NCBI RefSeq assembly: GCF_026571515.1
Contig: NW_026861602.1
Span: 248,001 to 312,000, forward strand
Origin: Ruditapes philippinarum
Lineage: Eukaryota
DNA length: 64,000 bases
Direction: 5' to 3'
A program made the position numbers and the translations under genes. Of this stretch, positions 40,201-47,692 are shown in pieces; the stretch's first letter is position 1; every line of letters starts with the position of its first letter. A model generated the notes under the pieces. That model did no database searches. It saw only the letters and a program-made list of their open reading frames with translations, and had not been told where the DNA came from.

Positions 40201-43200
40201 TCTTCTTTTTTGTAGAAATTCTAACAAACTTGATACAAGTCATGAGGATATAAATGAATTCAAAACATTTGATTAAGACAGGTAGTGGTTGCCCACTTGT
40301 TTCTGTAATATGGCACACAGAGGCACCTGATGTTTTTCCTAAACAACTAAAGCTAGAATGTGGCAATATGACCAGAAAAACACCATATGACTGGAAAGTC
40401 ACCATATGACTAGGAAAATTCCATGACCAGAGAGTTGCAATATAACCAAAAATCACTATATAACCGGAAAGTTGCCTAATGCCTGAAAACAACTATATGA
40501 CTGGAAAGTTACCATATAACTAGAAAAAAATACCATATGACTGGAAAATTGCCATATAACTGAAATCACCATATGACTGGAAGCTTACCATATAACTGAA
40601 AACACCATATGACTGGAAAGTTACCATATAACTGAAAACACCATATGACTGGAAAGTTGCCATATAACTGAAAACACCATATGACTGGAAAGTTGCCATA
40701 TAACCAAAAAACACCATATGACTGGAAAGTTGCCTAATGCCTGAAAAATATCATAACCTGAAAGTTGCCATATGACCTTTATACAATGTAGGTGTGACTT
40801 ATAACCCAACTAAAACCATGTGTGTGGATACATGTAATTCGCTAATGGATCACACTGTATCTATTCATAAATATATATTAAAATTGTCATTGGTTATTTT
40901 GTCATGTTCATTAGAAGAACTTTTAAAATGCATTGTACTTTTCTATCCAGACTTTTCCTTACTTCATTGTTTTAACATTATCTGACTGATGAAATATTTT
41001 TGTTTTATGTAGAGAATTACTTGGACAAGCGTGGATGAAGCCTGACAAATCTAACAAAGCTCCTCATGTTCTTCTTGTCAGTAAGAGATTTAATGAGGTA
41101 AATATACTTAAATTATGTTCTGATAAGATATTGAAAAATGTCAATGAGATTAGTTGATATCACACTATGAAAAATGAGTGAGGTTTAGAATTTTTGTTTG
41201 TTTCCATTCTATACATTCTAAAATATATAGCAGATAAAAATGCATATTAAATAAGATAATGAATTTCATTTGGATAATATTTTTGTAGCACAGATATTAA
41301 ATCTGTTTAAACCTTGAAGCAAGCATTGTATAGAAATGCTCTCTAATAGGGGTACCAGTATAAAGGTATATATCTGTGAAAGCAGATGGGTAGCTTTGAC
41401 AGAAAAGACAGTGATAAGGTATTCCAGGGATTCCAAGTTTGAGTCCCTTTCATGGCTTCACATTTTCCTCACCCTGTGAGTCACAAAGTTAAATAATCAC
41501 GTTTTTCTATATGATGGCAAGATTGTAACTAGCCTGTTTTTTTTATGTGCTTCTGTTAACAAAAGCACAAACAAATACGATATAGTGATTATGTTATGAA
41601 TAATCAAAAAATATGTTATGAATAATCAAAAAATATGTTATGAATAAGCAAAAACTATCAATGCCTGAATCCTAGGCTAGATTTTAACCCTTAAACTGCT
41701 AGATGGAACCAAAAGTGGTGAAAGCCTTTGTTACCGGCATAAAACCAGGTCTGTCTGTACATCCTTGCAATCTGACCGCGCTCTATACTACTCTTGAATG
41801 ACTAACATCAAATTTTCTATATCCCTACAATTTATAATGGACAGTTCTAAAAATTGAAGCTAGACTAGTCCATAATGTAAATTCATCAGGTTATGGGTTA
41901 AAACTGGTATATTTAACCAAATTATTTTCATTTATTCAGGTTAGTCGACTGGTTGTGACAGAGATTGTAAGTAGAACCAATCTACAGGAACGTGTAGCAT
42001 GTATAGAGAAATGGGCAGCAATAGCAGATATATGTCGATGTATGCACAACTATAACGGGGTTCTTCAAATCTGTGCTGCATTTGTTAACAGCTCTGTATA
42101 TCGATTGAAGAAAACCTGGGAAAAATTGTCAAAACAGGTAAGTTATAATTTTTTATCAGAACATCATCGTACATTTTTAAGTTATCTAAAAGGATAAGAT
42201 ATAATCTGCTGTCAAACAATATGTTTTATCTAATGAGTATATGTATATTTTACACGGTCTGATTGTGAAGTTTAAATGGATCTCAAACTGTGAGATTTAT
42301 AATTATTTTTTCACCCTTTTCCATGCTGAAATATAGTAAATGGACTTGTCCATCTTTTAATTAAAACATTGATCATTTTTTTGGGGGGAAAATTCAAAAT
42401 ATGTACAGACTGAATAGTGATCGAAACTGACCGTGATAGACAGCATGGGCCCGCTGATCTTGATCTACACTGGTCACATCAGTATATTTAGTTGCTGTGA
42501 GCTCAGGCTAAACATTATTGGAATCAGATTTTTAGTCATAATATGTAATCGTTCAAACCATGAAGACTAAAGAACTTCCCTGGCAGTTCAGAAAAAAACT
42601 TCTGTGACATTCTTCAACACCTTCAACATTGTGAATTAGGAATAATATTTTTTTCAAATGATATAAGATATAGGAGTCTAATCTTGACATGCCAAAATGA
42701 TTTCTAAATTGAGAACTAAAAAGTATTAATGTCTACGAAAATTTCTCTCCAGTACTTTAAGTACTTTGATTAACTAATGTATTATTATGCTACATTACAG
42801 ACAAAACAGATGATAGAGAGGTTACAGACACTCGTATCTTCTGATGGCCGATTTAAAAACATGAGGGATGCTTTACATAGGTAATTAATATATTTTCTAC
42901 ATGTATTATGTGAATAGTTCAGCTTAATTATCATTCAATTGACCTTGTTGAAAATTTGGGACACCTTCTGGTAAAAAATTCCTTGATCCATGTCTGATTT
43001 TCATGTTATATAGAATCCTGTCCTTGTTCTTAATTTAAAGTTTTTCATGGGAGAAAACTATCTATAGCTAACAGAAATTTGGTGATTCTGCCCGGCTCTT
43101 AGGCTACAATGAATGTACCGTCATAGGCAGCATGTTGCCGCCATTTTGAAAAACTTGGACTAGATCTATATTTGAGCTATAATTAGATTACAGGATGCTT

Positions 43201-45724
43201 TTGAAAAAAAAAACATGTAAAAAAAGCGCCTACACAATTCAGACTGTTGCTAGAAGATGTGGCCGTCTTCTGTACCATAACTACACTTCCAGTAGAAGTA
43301 TGATGTTGAAAATCTGTAAATAAATATTATAATCATTGATAAGAACTGAAGTTACAATGATTAACATAAAAAGTTACTTTTTAATGCCCATTTTAATAAA
43401 TAATCACATTTAAAAAAACATAAAAACAACAACTCTGATTAGAGATTAACAAAAATTGCAGACGAGATATATATACCACCTGAATTCATTCATATCTATA
43501 GTTACTAGTAACTGTACAATATACTGCATTCACTCATTTAGATAATCTACAGTGTCCAAGAAAGCTTTGGTTTACATATTGAAAATTTTATGCTTGCTAT
43601 TAAATCATAAGGGGCTTTCCGCATCATATGTAGCACCTAATTTCATATTATTTTTATGTTACAGGTGTGACCCTCCATGTATTCCGTATTTAGGAATGTA
43701 TCTCACTGACCTGTCTTTCATTGAGGAAGGAACACCTGATATGACAGAGGACAATCTTGTTAACTTTTCTAAAATGAGAATGGTAAATTATTATACCATA
43801 TAGCCAGTAATGGTAAAGTAAAGTTGCTATAAAAGTGTATGTTTTGGCCATCTGGCTAAGTGGTTGAGGTTTCTGACTTCCAATCATGTACCCAACATTT
43901 CTGTGGGTTTGAATCCTGGTGTCAGGGACTAGATGTTTTCATGTGAGGAAGTGGTTCAGATATTTTATTGATGGTCCATGTTTCTACTTGTGTTTGAAAT
44001 AATGCACTAAGAAAACATTGTTCTTTTAAGCAACATTTTACAACTGGTTACTTAAGTTGTGAAACTCATATGTCATAATAATACTAAAATGTCATTGTAT
44101 CGCAATAGGATGTGCTTGACATCTCAATTTTGTTGCTTTCTTACAAGATACAAAATTCATTTTCTATTGTGATAAGCCTCAATTGTGTGATTTATTTCCT
44201 ACAGATGGGAATATCAATTCAATATATTTGCTTGTTATGTAGTAGAATCTAATGACCTTGAAGTTTTATATTTTATGGTATGTATTTTGTTACAGATCGC
44301 TCACGTTATCAGAGAAATACGATTATTTCAACAAACTCCATATCGCATAGAACATCATCCTCGAGTAAGTACATGTACATAGTAATTTAACACGAGATCT
44401 GATACTAAAACTGTATGCTTCAGACACATTGAAGTGAAGGTCACTCTCGGTTTGACACCCTGTCCCGACACTCATTCTTTCACATGCACTTATCCCAGTG
44501 GGCTCCCCTTACCCTGCTGAAACCAAACATGATTATCCTTCCTCACCAGTATACAGCCAGGCCAGCCTGCACATCTATGCAATCTGACCAGGCTTTTTAC
44601 TTATATTGTTGAATGACCATGTTTTCTTCTTGACTTGATGTCCCCAATATAGTCCATAAAATAGATGCTGGACAAGCTTATTAAGTTATTCAGAAGGTTA
44701 AGGGTTAAATTGTTATAAATATTGACACTTTTGTGACAGGTTTACCTAATGATTTACCATGAAACACTGATAGTAGGCATCCAGGCAACAATAACTAAAT
44801 CAAGGACTGGAGGTTTTATATCCTTTACATGGATTACATACTAACATATCAATTCCCCGTGTCAAATATAGATATTTGTTCCAAACCAAAACAAAAATTC
44901 CCAGTCCAGAATGAGCATTCACTTTATAAAATCACCTGCTGATGTGGTCTTACTATTTATTGAAAAGATAAATCTTTTAGAATATATTGTTTATTTAGCT
45001 AAGCACATGTATTATATCATTTAAGCTACATGTAAATCCAGTCAGCAGGACTTAAGTGATATATCCCAAAAATCTATATATTATCAGTCAATTTTTATCG
45101 CGGCTTGGCTTGTTTTGTAACTAAAATTGAAAATTTTAAAAATTATTTATTCAGTTTATCCCCCATAATAGTCATTGATAAGGTTGTCACTTTCCCACAT
45201 TTTCTAAATGGTCTTTCCAACATGTATGTCAGTGTGTCACGAACGGCATTTATATTTTTTTCAATCAGTTTATTTGAGATGGGAAATGAAAGCATTTCTA
45301 TTACATGTAAATACAACAACATATCAATTTACATATACTGCCTTTCTGATTTTACTAGAGGGTTGCTTGAACACTGAAAATAATTGTGTACTGTTTATTT
45401 TTGGTTAAAAAAGAAGTATTGGATATTATAATTGTTTTTCAGCCATGAACATGATTTTAAAACTTGATTTTAAAAACAGAGCATATATGATTTTAATTAA
45501 ATTTACATTTTTTTCAGTCATCATTACAAATTCTTCATTTTTACATTGTGTATGTTACACACATATTTATGTATGTACATGTATTTATTTGTTATACATA
45601 GGTAACAAATTATTTACTAGACACTACACGACTGTACGACGATGAGCAGACATATAAAGCCTCGTTAGACATAGAACCAAAGATGTCCCGTCTTTCAATG
45701 GTACCTCAAACCGGATCTTCATGA
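1085..45724 (+). CDS. RASGRF1: RasGRF1/2 orthologue (Ras-specific guanine nucleotide-releasing factor), 25 exons, 5'-partial, about 1268 aa in window
   Basis: 25 GT-AG exons with compatible phases sum to 3807 nt, ending in TGA at 45722-45724. Translation matches vertebrate RasGRF motifs as I recall them: [14 protein letters not shown] (IQ), [71 protein letters not shown] (REM), [14 protein letters not shown] (CDC25). Paralogue 1 versus 2 cannot be distinguished. Confidence 0.96.
2080..2217 (+). CDS. RASGRF1: RasGRF exon 2 (DH domain)
   Basis: ttcag|T ATG...AACAG|gtaaat; [45 protein letters not shown]. Confidence 0.93.
2435..3060. repeat. 51 bp minisatellite, variant A
   Basis: About 12 copies of gtgatgcattacaagttaaatggagggtatatgggttgatacaacacaaat. 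Confidence 0.92.
3200..4995. repeat. 51 bp minisatellite, variant B, with degenerate 5' flank and a 153 bp higher-order period
   Basis: ctgtgatacattgcaagttgcccgatggatatatgggagaatacaccctta; homogeneous over about 4090-4870; accounts for ORFs 3913..4755, 3983..4891 and 4094..4618. Confidence 0.95.
5185..5264 (+). CDS. RASGRF1: RasGRF exon 3 (DH domain)
   Basis: ttcag|T GAG...TTG G|gtgagt; [26 protein letters not shown]. Confidence 0.93.
5408..5543. mobile_element. dispersed hairpin element of about 135 bp (unclassified); other copies at about 16425-16590, 24403-24540, 62205-62345
   Basis: ttataaagatt..tgaca.gttatatggccatatataaac...ggccatataacct.tcaaaaatctttataa inverted arms recur four times. 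Confidence 0.65.
5847..6040 (+). CDS. RASGRF1: RasGRF exon 4 (DH domain)
   Basis: tatag|GT GAT...CAA|gttagt; [27 protein letters not shown]...FLTYPMHQ (within ORF 5807..6064). Confidence 0.94.
6057..8684. repeat. about 31-33 bp minisatellite (gatgtagcctcgagtgagaaattgttttt), split by a HINE insertion
   Basis: Arrays at 6057-6690 and 8201-8684 share the same unit. Confidence 0.93.
6691..8200 (+). mobile_element. Helentron-associated non-autonomous element (HINE/pearl-like) with 145 bp tandem core
   Basis: 5' AGCTCACCTG within a hairpin, (GTCC/GTC)n, about 9.5 x 145 bp units (register at 6921, 7066, 7211), 3' CAGGTGAGC, palindrome AGGGCCATCATGGCCCT, then CTTGT; inserted in a T-run with no TSD. 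Confidence 0.85.
9189..9299 (+). CDS. RASGRF1: RasGRF exon 5 (DH domain)
   Basis: ttcag|ATA...AAG|gtaagt; [37 protein letters not shown]. Confidence 0.94.
9722..9839 (+). CDS. RASGRF1: RasGRF exon 6 (DH-PH junction)
   Basis: ttcag|ATT...CAG G|gtacgt; [39 protein letters not shown]. Confidence 0.94.
9880..11350 (+). mobile_element. degraded HINE-like element with AAGGTCAAGGTCAC-containing composite repeats (about 430 bp period)
   Basis: Three copies of a tgtgtatag...catttagtca-catttattgagg block (about 10240, 10665, 11105); many AAGGTCA motifs; termini not clear. Confidence 0.6.
11430..11780. repeat. 14 bp minisatellite (ttattatgattctg)
   Basis: About 25 imperfect copies. Confidence 0.9.
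11985..13543 (+). mobile_element. HINE-like element with 139 bp core repeats
   Basis: tttt-ATGCCCC, (GTCC)n, aaggtcac units at 12942/13081/13220, 3' GGGGGCAT, hairpin gtgttt-aac-aaacac, then cttgtt. Confidence 0.8.
14250..15130. repeat. degenerate minisatellite of about 33-35 bp
   Basis: Consensus approximately aacacactgtcatggacagttcctgtaatgtt. Confidence 0.8.
16990..17425. repeat. about 36-37 bp minisatellite
   Basis: acagatatctgttcataatcatctgttaattacactt, about 11 copies, ending about 65 nt before exon 7. Confidence 0.88.
17492..17655 (+). CDS. RASGRF1: RasGRF exon 7 (PH2 domain)
   Basis: tgcag|GA CCT...AAA|gtaaga; [20 protein letters not shown]...[26 protein letters not shown]. Confidence 0.92.
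17833..18069 (+). mobile_element. palindromic MITE (TGAGCC family), copy 1
   Basis: About 103 bp inverted arms around a 31 bp spacer; near-identical to four other copies. Confidence 0.92.
18622..18858 (-). mobile_element. palindromic MITE (TGAGCC family), copy 2
   Basis: Spacer reversed relative to copy 1; TAT on both flanks; ends 14 nt before exon 8. Confidence 0.92.
18873..18951 (+). CDS. RASGRF1: RasGRF exon 8 (PH2 domain)
   Basis: tccag|AAC...GAC A|gtaagt; [26 protein letters not shown]. Confidence 0.9.
19380..19787. mobile_element. non-autonomous hairpin element (unclassified, possibly Crypton-type)
   Basis: Long imperfect inverted repeat gaaataatatatcc...ggatatattatttc, then attctaaca paired with distal tgttagaat; CpG-rich relative to the intron. 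Confidence 0.5.
19976..20178 (+). CDS. RASGRF1: RasGRF exon 9 (PH2 domain)
   Basis: ttcag|CA ACA...CAG|gtaaac; [13 protein letters not shown]...[36 protein letters not shown]. Confidence 0.9.
20183..20580. repeat. degenerate repeat of about 25 bp (atgtgtttcaaatatgtgttaacac)
   Basis: Begins a few nt after the exon 9 donor. Confidence 0.75.
20714..21549. mobile_element. mariner-type MITE
   Basis: 30 bp TIRs C(A/G)AGGGGTTATCCAAAAATT(C/T)GTGGACTTT, TA on both sides. Confidence 0.9.
21624..21706 (+). CDS. RASGRF1: RasGRF exon 10
   Basis: gacag|TGT...GTG AG|gtattg; [27 protein letters not shown]. Confidence 0.9.
21742..22812 (+). mobile_element. palindromic MITE copy 3, interrupted by a nested element
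   Basis: MITE sequence 21742-21952 resumes at 22785-22812; flanked by a 32 bp direct duplication. Confidence 0.9.
21953..22784. mobile_element. TA-targeting non-autonomous DNA transposon (Tc1/mariner-like) nested in the MITE
   Basis: TA|CTGTATA...TATACAG|TA; imperfect TIRs; subterminal TTGGCG/CGCCAA repeats. Confidence 0.85.
22850..23225. repeat. degenerate repeat of about 45 bp (ttgacttgtctattttcattgtcctatgaggcat)
   Basis: About 8 diverged copies. Confidence 0.65.
23340..23415 (+). CDS. RASGRF1: RasGRF exon 11
   Basis: tctag|G TCA...CAG|gtatat; [25 protein letters not shown]. Confidence 0.92.
23502..23766 (-). mobile_element. tRNA-derived SINE (probably Meta/MESC-type core)
   Basis: Minus strand shows A box TGGCCAAGTGG, B box GGTTCGACT, then catgtgag...gaaataatgcacagagg...; homologous to 26974-27244. 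Confidence 0.8.
23942..24159 (+). CDS. RASGRF1: RasGRF exon 12 (REM / RasGEF_N, first part)
   Basis: tatag|ATT...GAC AA|gtatga; [48 protein letters not shown]... Confidence 0.9.
24704..24939 (+). CDS. RASGRF1: RasGRF exon 13 (REM insert)
   Basis: tctag|A ACT...AAA A|gtaagt; open frame overlapping ORF 24738..24968; phases 2/1 bridge exons 12 and 14; no recognised homology. Confidence 0.8.
25090..25210 (+). mobile_element. CORE-type SINE fragment
   Basis: gtgtttctatgaacaagaaacttt...cattgctcagtactggttg...aggaacagattcgag resembles the CORE domain as I recall it. Confidence 0.45.
25823..26518 (+). CDS. RASGRF1: RasGRF exon 14 (696 nt, Ser/Pro-rich REM insert)
   Basis: ttcag|CT TTG...CAT T|gtaagt; within ORF 25714..26571; higher GC than the introns; phase 1/1. 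Confidence 0.85.
26974..27244 (+). mobile_element. tRNA-derived SINE (probably Meta/MESC-type core), near full length
   Basis: A box TGGCTGAGTGG, B box GGATTCAAATCC, core catgtgaggaagctatccagctagctt...ggttctactcaggtgcc...gggcacc...gtcttcctccac, A-rich tail. Confidence 0.85.
27319..27445 (+). CDS. RASGRF1: RasGRF exon 15
   Basis: tacag|TC AGT...CGA AG|gtacgt; [41 protein letters not shown]. Confidence 0.87.
27750..29485. repeat. 51 bp minisatellite, variant C
   Basis: ccttttgcctaaattacaacatcgtatgggtttaatcactctgcttaattt; homogeneous over about 28480-29330, degenerate upstream. Confidence 0.93.
29577..29781. repeat. 34 bp tandem repeat x6
   Basis: tatcacatatgtgtcagaattaagttattaagtg. Confidence 0.88.
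30059..30671 (+). mobile_element. short HINE-like element (ATGCTCCCC family), uninterrupted copy
   Basis: T-run, ATGCTCCCC...GGGGAGCAT subterminal IR, (GTCY)n, internal repeats of about 160 bp, 3' hairpin ccggtt-ca-aaccgg, then cttgt. Confidence 0.85.
30704..30856. repeat. 51 bp tandem triplication containing the left end of a small CAGTA-type MITE
   Basis: Units start at 30711/30762/30813; cagtaggttaacctgtaca pairs with tgtacaggttaaacttactg at about 30900-30919. Confidence 0.8.
31573..32478 (-). mobile_element. internally deleted pogo/Tigger transposon
   Basis: TA|CAGTAAACT...AGTTTACTG|TA; repeated subterminal ttataa/cgaa motifs; retains the transposase C-terminus. Confidence 0.88.
31946..32190 (-). 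pseudogene. pogo/Tigger transposase C-terminal remnant
   Basis: Acidic [22 protein letters not shown], a frameshift in an A-run, then [16 protein letters not shown]...[11 protein letters not shown] with a terminal QxxIxxFF motif. Confidence 0.7.
32775..33779 (+). mobile_element. HINE-like element with core repeats of about 145 bp
   Basis: Subterminal IR actaggttttc / gaaaacctggt; about 5.5 units (accaaacttg at 32881, 33026); 3' hairpin cgtcgcattgcggcg, then cttgt. Confidence 0.8.
34288..34834. repeat. 30 bp minisatellite, about 18 copies
   Basis: ctggctgaagttattccatatatcttaacg. Confidence 0.95.
35425..36182 (+). mobile_element. old degraded HINE (AGCTCACCTG family)
   Basis: ttttAGCTCACCTGAGCA...TGCTCACAGTGAGCT 5' hairpin; decayed core; 3' end uncertain. 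Confidence 0.55.
36623..36735 (+). CDS. RASGRF1: RasGRF exon 16
   Basis: ttcag|G TCG...ACT G|gtaata; [18 protein letters not shown]..., resembling the RasGRF AFAIATAG motif. Confidence 0.9.
36735..38070. repeat. 29 bp minisatellite starting at the exon 16 donor, split by a DNA transposon
   Basis: gataatatttcatttccctatctattctt, about 33 copies. Confidence 0.94.
37205..37550. mobile_element. 346 bp MITE with CAGTG termini and 5 bp TSD (hAT5-like)
   Basis: ATAAC|CAGTGATTTTTTT...AAAAAAATCACTG|ATAAC. Confidence 0.85.
38682..38788 (+). CDS. RASGRF1: RasGRF exon 17 (REM, second part)
   Basis: atcag|GT GCT...CAG|gtattg; [35 protein letters not shown]; an in-frame alternative acceptor lies 9 nt downstream. 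Confidence 0.9.
38975..39565 (+). repeat. 40-41 bp tandem array containing the exon 18 splice acceptor
   Basis: tgatattttag|gattttgactgtgtaacaatacattcacta, about 14 copies; the last unit is the true acceptor. Confidence 0.93.
39553..39729 (+). CDS. RASGRF1: RasGRF exon 18 (REM end)
   Basis: tttag|GAT...GAG|gtaatt; [59 protein letters not shown]. Confidence 0.92.
39693..40005 (+). repeat. degenerate repeat of about 89 bp x4 containing the exon 18 3' end and donor
   Basis: atctcacaaaa(c/t)ttcttgctc-like blocks at 39701, 39791, 39879, 39968. Confidence 0.8.
40095..40192 (+). CDS. RASGRF1: RasGRF exon 19 (CDC25 domain start)
   Basis: tttag|ACA...AGC GA|gtatgt; [32 protein letters not shown]. 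Confidence 0.92.
40280..40815 (+). repeat. 18/36 bp minisatellite expanded inside a decayed SINE
   Basis: (aaaacaccatatgactggaaagttgccatataactg)n lies between SINE-core-like and SINE-tail-like sequence. Confidence 0.8.
41013..41097 (+). CDS. RASGRF1: RasGRF exon 20 (CDC25 domain)
   Basis: tgtag|A GAA...GAG|gtaaat; [28 protein letters not shown]. Confidence 0.93.
41688..41897. mobile_element. TTAA-flanked CCC...GGG MITE (piggyBac-like termini), diverged
   Basis: TTAA|CCCTTAA...TTATGGG|TTAA; related copies at about 1225-1430, 42313-42510, 44506-44704, 54815-55015 and 56000-56198. Confidence 0.7.
41940..42137 (+). CDS. RASGRF1: RasGRF exon 21 (CDC25 domain)
   Basis: ttcag|GTT...CAG|gtaagt; [44 protein letters not shown]...[12 protein letters not shown]. 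Confidence 0.94.
42801..42880 (+). CDS. RASGRF1: RasGRF exon 22 (CDC25 domain)
   Basis: tacag|ACA...CAT AG|gtaatt; [26 protein letters not shown]. Confidence 0.93.
43665..43782 (+). CDS. RASGRF1: RasGRF exon 23 (CDC25 domain)
   Basis: tacag|G TGT...ATG|gtaaat; [39 protein letters not shown]. Confidence 0.95.
43846..44075 (+). mobile_element. decayed tRNA-derived SINE
   Basis: TGGCTAAGTGG...GGTTTGAATCC...catgtgaggaag...gaaataatgcac. Confidence 0.7.
44296..44364 (+). CDS. RASGRF1: RasGRF exon 24 (CDC25 domain)
   Basis: tacag|ATC...CGA|gtaagt; [23 protein letters not shown]. Confidence 0.93.
44506..44704. mobile_element. TTAA/CCC-type MITE copy
   Basis: cccttaccctgctg...cagaaggttaaggg|ttaa with an internal ccagcctgcacatc module. 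Confidence 0.65.
45602..45724 (+). CDS. RASGRF1: RasGRF exon 25 (last coding exon)
   Basis: catag|GTA...TCA TGA; [40 protein letters not shown]. Confidence 0.92.
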   Translation, partial: VTNYLLDTTRLYDDEQTYKASLDIEPKMSRLSMVPQTGSS

Positions 45725-45943
45725 TATATCCTTATATACGTGTACATATTCTGTGTACATGAAGGTACATTATATGGAATGTTGGTCAAATGTTAACAGA
45801 TAGCTGGGCAATTCTTTGATGAGCTACAAAAAGGATGCTTTTGATAAATTTGATAAATAGATCAAATTGTTTTATTTTGGCTTTGATGTTTGATACAGTG
45901 TGTTAATAAGTGGGTATCATTCTGTGATGTTTTATTCTTCTTA

Positions 45944-45949
45944 AATAAA
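45944..45949 (+). promoter_or_regulatory. candidate proximal polyadenylation signal AATAAA
   Basis: First AATAAA I see after the stop codon; weak evidence in AT-rich DNA. Confidence 0.3.
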
Positions 45950-47692
45950 AGAAAGCTGAATATGCTGTATAAGAATGAGGTATTGTCAGTGCTAGTACAA
46001 GCTAGAGTTGTACCAAATGATTTCTTAGAACTGAATAGTTATTTTTTGTTAGATAGATTTTTAGTTATAGACGATTTTTTGACAAATTAAATTGTCCAGT
46101 ACAAAGGGAGGTAAGTCATAAAAAACCGAAGTCATTAACAAACAGTTGTTTACACGGCCAAAACATGTTTAAAGTATTCATACGAAGTTTGTAAAGTTCC
46201 TGTTATAAATTAGAATTGGAGATTATAGAATTCATTAGTTAGCCACAGACATGTTTATAAGATACATATATATCGAAATTGTCCAATATAGATCAATATT
46301 AATCAATGTTAATCAATATAAATCAATATTAATCAACATAAATCAATATAACATACTTGCAGTATTATAACTTAACTTTCTTATAATCCAAGATACTTTT
46401 GGCCCCCAGAGATATATAACCATGAGGCCATGTTATATGACCATAAAACTATTATATGACCTAATGTAGCAATGTTATATAACCATGAGAGCTGTTATAT
46501 GATCACAGAAATGCATGTAGTTTACATGGCCACAGAGCTTTGTTATATAATCATAATGATATGCTATTTGAATACATAGATATGTTATATGACCATGAAT
46601 CACCTTTCCTAATTGATTATGGATATCTATGTTATATAACCATATATCTGTGATATATCCTTGGTGATCTGTTATATAAATCTCTGATGTGACATTTAGA
46701 CTGTATTCAAAGCAACACTTGCAGTCCTTTACTTTTGATCTGGTGACTTGATTGAAAACTAGGTATTCAATCCCATTCTGTTGAATAGTGGATGCTTAGA
46801 ATAAGGTCAAGGTTTATTAAATTTTTTGGACAGTATATTAGGGAATCCCTTTAAAATATCAGCTATTTGAGTTGGATTTTTTTCTTGCTAACATTCTTTT
46901 ACATATTAAAAGTTTAAGAGGTATTTACTTTATTAACATGTATACCTGCAAAAATATCATCAAATAAGTATGTATCATCACCTTAGTGCAGTAACACGTT
47001 AAGTCCTTCTAAATTTAATAGGAGTTAACCAGTTATTGCACTAAGGTGACAATATATTATTGGCAATAACTTCATATACTCTTTGTTCTTTTTTTTTTTT
47101 CTTTTTTTTATTAAAAACATTTTGTAACATTTTCTAAAAAATTTACTATATTATTGAATATCATTATCTTTTAAAGGGTTCAAGGGTTGTAATTAATACT
47201 TCATTAAAATTATTATTTTCTTGTATTTATTTGATTATAATGGAGATTTTACATTTGTTTTTGTTTATTTTTTTTTAAAGCATTACCATATTCTTGAACA
47301 TTGACTTTTTGCTCTTTTATTTATTAGTATTTACTTTTAGAGAAATTCTCAATGCTTTTGAGCAACTATAAGTCCATGTTATATATCTTTACATGAGCAT
47401 TATTTTACTTTATATGATATTATTATTTAAACACTGAAAGTTTTGCTGGGAATAATAAAATGTTCAGACCGAGCTTTTGGAAGAGATTATTACCTTTAGA
47501 TCTCTTCATTTGGGTGAGAAAAGTTAAAGCCTCATGCATCTGGGTGAGCGAACGAAGTTTAACAAAATCAAACTTGTTAGAGGATATATTTCTTATTTGC
47601 GAAGTATTAATTTACTTTAACACTATACATCTACCCCATTACTTAGGAGTTAGGGGTTATGTTAAGTTATTCAGAATTATGTCATGTAATTT

